From Octopus sinensis (taxonomy: Eukaryota), in NCBI RefSeq assembly GCF_006345805.1, contig NW_021827283.1, positions 1 through 10,866 on the forward strand: a stretch of DNA of 10,866 bases, written 5' to 3'. Positions 7,773-10,866 of the stretch are shown in pieces. The notes beneath the pieces are model-generated. The model ran no database searches and was not told the origin of the DNA. It saw only the letters and a list, made by a program, of their open reading frames with translations. The stretch's first letter is position 1; every line of letters starts with the position of its first letter. The translations under genes were made by a program, and so were the position numbers.

Positions 7773-8049
7773 GCTGAAAGAATCCTTGTCGAATGATCGT
7801 CTGTTTTGATGTATTTTTTTTCTGCGGATTGTTTCCATTCAATTATTTATTGCAACTCATCAGGGATTGTTGTGAAGGAGTTGCGCCGTCTTTGAGGAGG
7901 AATGGTCACCATTGAACACGGCTAATAAACGCTGTTAGCATTGCATACGTTCCACACAGCCACTTCAACAAAACCGCGTTCGAATCCAAACCTCTCTCCT
8001 CCCGGTTTTAATTAAGATAACTACCATACTGAACCTTCAATAACCAGCA

Positions 8050-9330
8050 ATCACACACACAATTACATACACTTACGCACACACAGACTTACATATACTT
8101 ACACACACCCTCACACTCCTACACACGCCTTCACATGCGCACACACACACATACACATACACCACATTATCTGTCTTTCTCTCTCCCCCTCTCTCACTCT
8201 GCTTCTTTATTCTGTCTCTCTGCCCATTCTTTGTCCTATTACACTCTTACTCTTCCCCCCTCTCTCTCTCACACACATATACACACACGCACACATATAC
8301 TCACACACATACACACTCAGACACATACACACACACACACGCTCACATATACTTACACACATCCACACACAGACACATATATACACGCACACACACGCAC
8401 ACATATACTTACACACACACAGAGTCATACATACATACATACACACACACACATATGCCATCTCATCTCCGCCTCTGTCTTTGTACTCTCCTGCTTTCTC
8501 TCCTTGTTTTCGTCCCTCTCTATCCTTTTCTTTCTCTCTCCTCTCTCTTTCTCTCTCCTATCCCTTTCTCACTCTGTTTTCTGCATTTTTCCCTTCTTTT
8601 CTCTATCTATATCCTATCCCTCTCTTACTCTGCTTCTAGCTTCTTTCTTTCTCTCTCTCCCTCACTTTCTCTCACCCTCTATCTCTCTCTTTAACTGTCT
8701 ATCTCTCTCTCTATCTCTATCTCTCTATCTCAATTTCTCTCTATCTCTCTCTCTCTCTCTAACTGTCTATCTCTCTCTCTATCTATCTATCTCTAACACA
8801 CACACACACAGCCATCCCTTATCTCTTTCACACTCTTAGTACTCCTACTTCCCCTCTCTAGTTTACTATCACTCCCTTTCTCTCCCTCTTTCCCTCTCTC
8901 TTTCTCTCTCTCTCTCTCTTTCTCATTCTCATTTACTCTCTCACCCTCATTCTCATTCTCTTTCACTCTCTCACCCATTCACTTTCTCCCTCTTTCTCTT
9001 TCTCTATCTATCTATCTATCTATCTCTCTGACGCGTACATCCCTCATCTCTTAGCGCCCTCTATCTTAATCTCTCTCCCGGTCTTACACACACACAAACA
9101 CACACACATACCCATACACACTCCTTAAACACACACGCATTGATACATACACAGATACACACATACACACACACACATAAACACACATACACACATACGC
9201 ACTCACATATACATACACACAAAAACATACACACACAAACATACACACACATACACACACACTCGCACACACACATGCACACACACACACACACACTCAC
9301 ACTCACGCACACATATACATGTGCGCTCGC
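8050..9330. repeat. (CA)n - degenerate (CT)n polypyrimidine - (TCTA)n - (CA)n low-complexity field
   Basis: CA-rich at about 8050-8165, 8270-8455 and 9085-9320. CT-rich at about 8170-8270 and 8460-9030. Confidence 0.95.
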
Positions 9331-9619
9331 GCACTTTCTCTAAGAGCATGGAGGTACTCTTGAGATTAAACTAATCTGTTCTCGACACTCAACGCAAGTA
9401 TCCTTCGTTCAGCCATCCGCCTGCCCGCCTGCCCGCCTTTCCGCCCTGCCCGCCGTGCCCACCTCTCCGCCCAGCCCGCCTTTCACCCGTCTACATGTCT
9501 TCGTGTCTGTCAGTATGTCTGTATGTATGTCTGTCTGCCTTCTGTATGTCTGCCTGCTCTGTGCATTTGGCCGTACGACTTGTCTGGGTTTCTGATATCT
9601 ATGTGTAGAGATCATCATA

Positions 9620-9708
9620 TGGGTAGATAGATGGGTAGGTAAGTGGGCAGGCAGGTAGGTAGGTAGGTAGGTAGGTAGGTAGGTAGGTAGGTAGGTAGAT
9701 AGAGAGAG

Positions 9709-9790
<82 letters not shown>

Positions 9791-9845
9791 GCATGTCGGT
9801 ATGTAGATAGATAGATCGATCGATCGATAGATAGATCGATCGATC

Positions 9846-9898
<53 letters not shown>

Positions 9899-9922
9899 AG
9901 ATAGATAGATAGATAGATAGAT

Positions 9923-9953
<31 letters not shown>

Positions 9954-9983
9954 AAGATAGATAGATAGATAGATCGATCGATC

Positions 9984-10062
<79 letters not shown>

Positions 10063-10181
10063 GCAGACAGACAGACAGACGAAGATACAGACAGACAGAC
10101 AGACAGACAGACAGAGATAGATAATACTAGATAGATAGATCAGATAGATAGATAGATAGATAGATCAAGATAGATAGATAG

Positions 10182-10236
<55 letters not shown>

Positions 10237-10238
10237 GC

Positions 10239-10286
<48 letters not shown>
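9620..10286. repeat. Long compound tetranucleotide array (GGTA)n-(GAAA)n-(GATA)n with (GATC)n and (GACA)n variant blocks
   Basis: Directly visible, about 660 bp of purine-rich 4-mer periodicity. Confidence 0.97.
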
Positions 10287-10412
10287 TCAATTTATCGACC
10301 CCGAAAGGATGAAAGGCAAAGTTGACCTCGGCGGAATTTGAACTCAGAACGTAGCGGCAGACGAAATACCACTAAGCAATTTCGCCCGATGTGCTAACGT
10401 TTCTGCCAGCGC
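10287..10412 (-). mobile_element. tRNA-derived SINE, 5' portion (Pol III A and B boxes plus central conserved domain), 3'-truncated at the (GACA)n array
   Basis: On the minus strand: A-box-like tggcagaaacgtt (10408-10396), B box gagttcaaattcc (10345-10333), then gcctttcatcctttcggggtcgataaatt, which resembles the MetaSINE-type central domain (recalled). Confidence 0.85.
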
Positions 10413-10510
10413 TGCTAGAAATAGCACCCGATGGCCTTCAGTAAGAAAACCACACGTTGGATAATACAGTGTTCTACAAACTCCTCTAATAAAATGGGAT
10501 GGTCCCGAAG
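10412..10510 (+). mobile_element. Degenerate, internally deleted copy of the 2202-2412 repeat family
   Basis: ctgctagaaatagca ... ttggataat ... gggatggtc appear in the same order as in 2202-2412. Confidence 0.45.
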
Positions 10511-10514
10511 AACA

Positions 10515-10670
10515 ACAATGGCAACATCTATCAACACGTCCATCACCACCATCATCATCATCACCACTACATTCATCATCATCATCGTCATCATCATTAA
10601 TGTTACCACCAACACTACCACCACCAGCAGCAACAGTAGCAGCGATATAATCATCATCATCGTCATCGTT

Positions 10671-10704
<34 letters not shown>

Positions 10705-10866
10705 ATGCCATCAATAACAGCATCAATACCACTACCATCTCCATCATCATCATCATCATCATCATCTTCATAATTGTTGTCGTCTTCATCCCTGCCACTA
10801 ACACCAGCATTACCAATAACAACATCATCATAGTTAAGACCATCATCATCACCATCATCATCATCA
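10515..10866. repeat. Degenerate (ATC)n/(ACC)n trinucleotide region
   Basis: Directly visible. It explains the poly-Met/Val ORF 10415..10864. Confidence 0.95.

Noticed and set aside
6784-9343. Numerous YI/HT/CV/SL-repeat ORFs, including the 234-aa ORF 8135..8839
   Set aside because: They are direct translations of (TA)n, (CA)n and (CT)n microsatellites.
9335-9360. Possible 9-nt microexon (ctttctctaag|agcatggag|gtactc)
   Set aside because: The donor site is weak and there is no supporting gene context.
10287-10412. tRNA gene
   Set aside because: It has A and B boxes, but no full cloverleaf is evident and it continues into a SINE central domain.
10415-10864. 149-aa poly-Met hydrophobic ORF
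   Set aside because: It is the antisense translation of the (ATC)n repeat.

Overview
Eukaryotic, AT-rich, microsatellite-saturated non-coding DNA. The repeat content resembles cephalopod (Octopus-like) intronic or intergenic sequence; this is inferred from recalled repeat families and was not searched. I find no intact host gene, and nearly all listed ORFs are translations of simple repeats. The main hidden feature is absent from the ORF track: a decayed Penelope-like retroelement (PLE) on the + strand. Its reverse-transcriptase half (about 3453-4155) and its linker/Cys-motif/GIY-YIG endonuclease half (about 5070-5588) are split by a nested ~815-bp element with long inverted repeats (4205-5019). 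Its 5'-truncated end abuts a degenerate (TAACCC)n-like tract. The window also holds a textbook non-autonomous Helitron (5845-6281), a tRNA-headed SINE (10287-10412, minus strand), other SINE-like fragments, three further fold-back elements (2133-2245, 6357-6563, 6989-7060), a three-copy ACC-rich tandem duplication, and large di-, tri- and tetranucleotide arrays.
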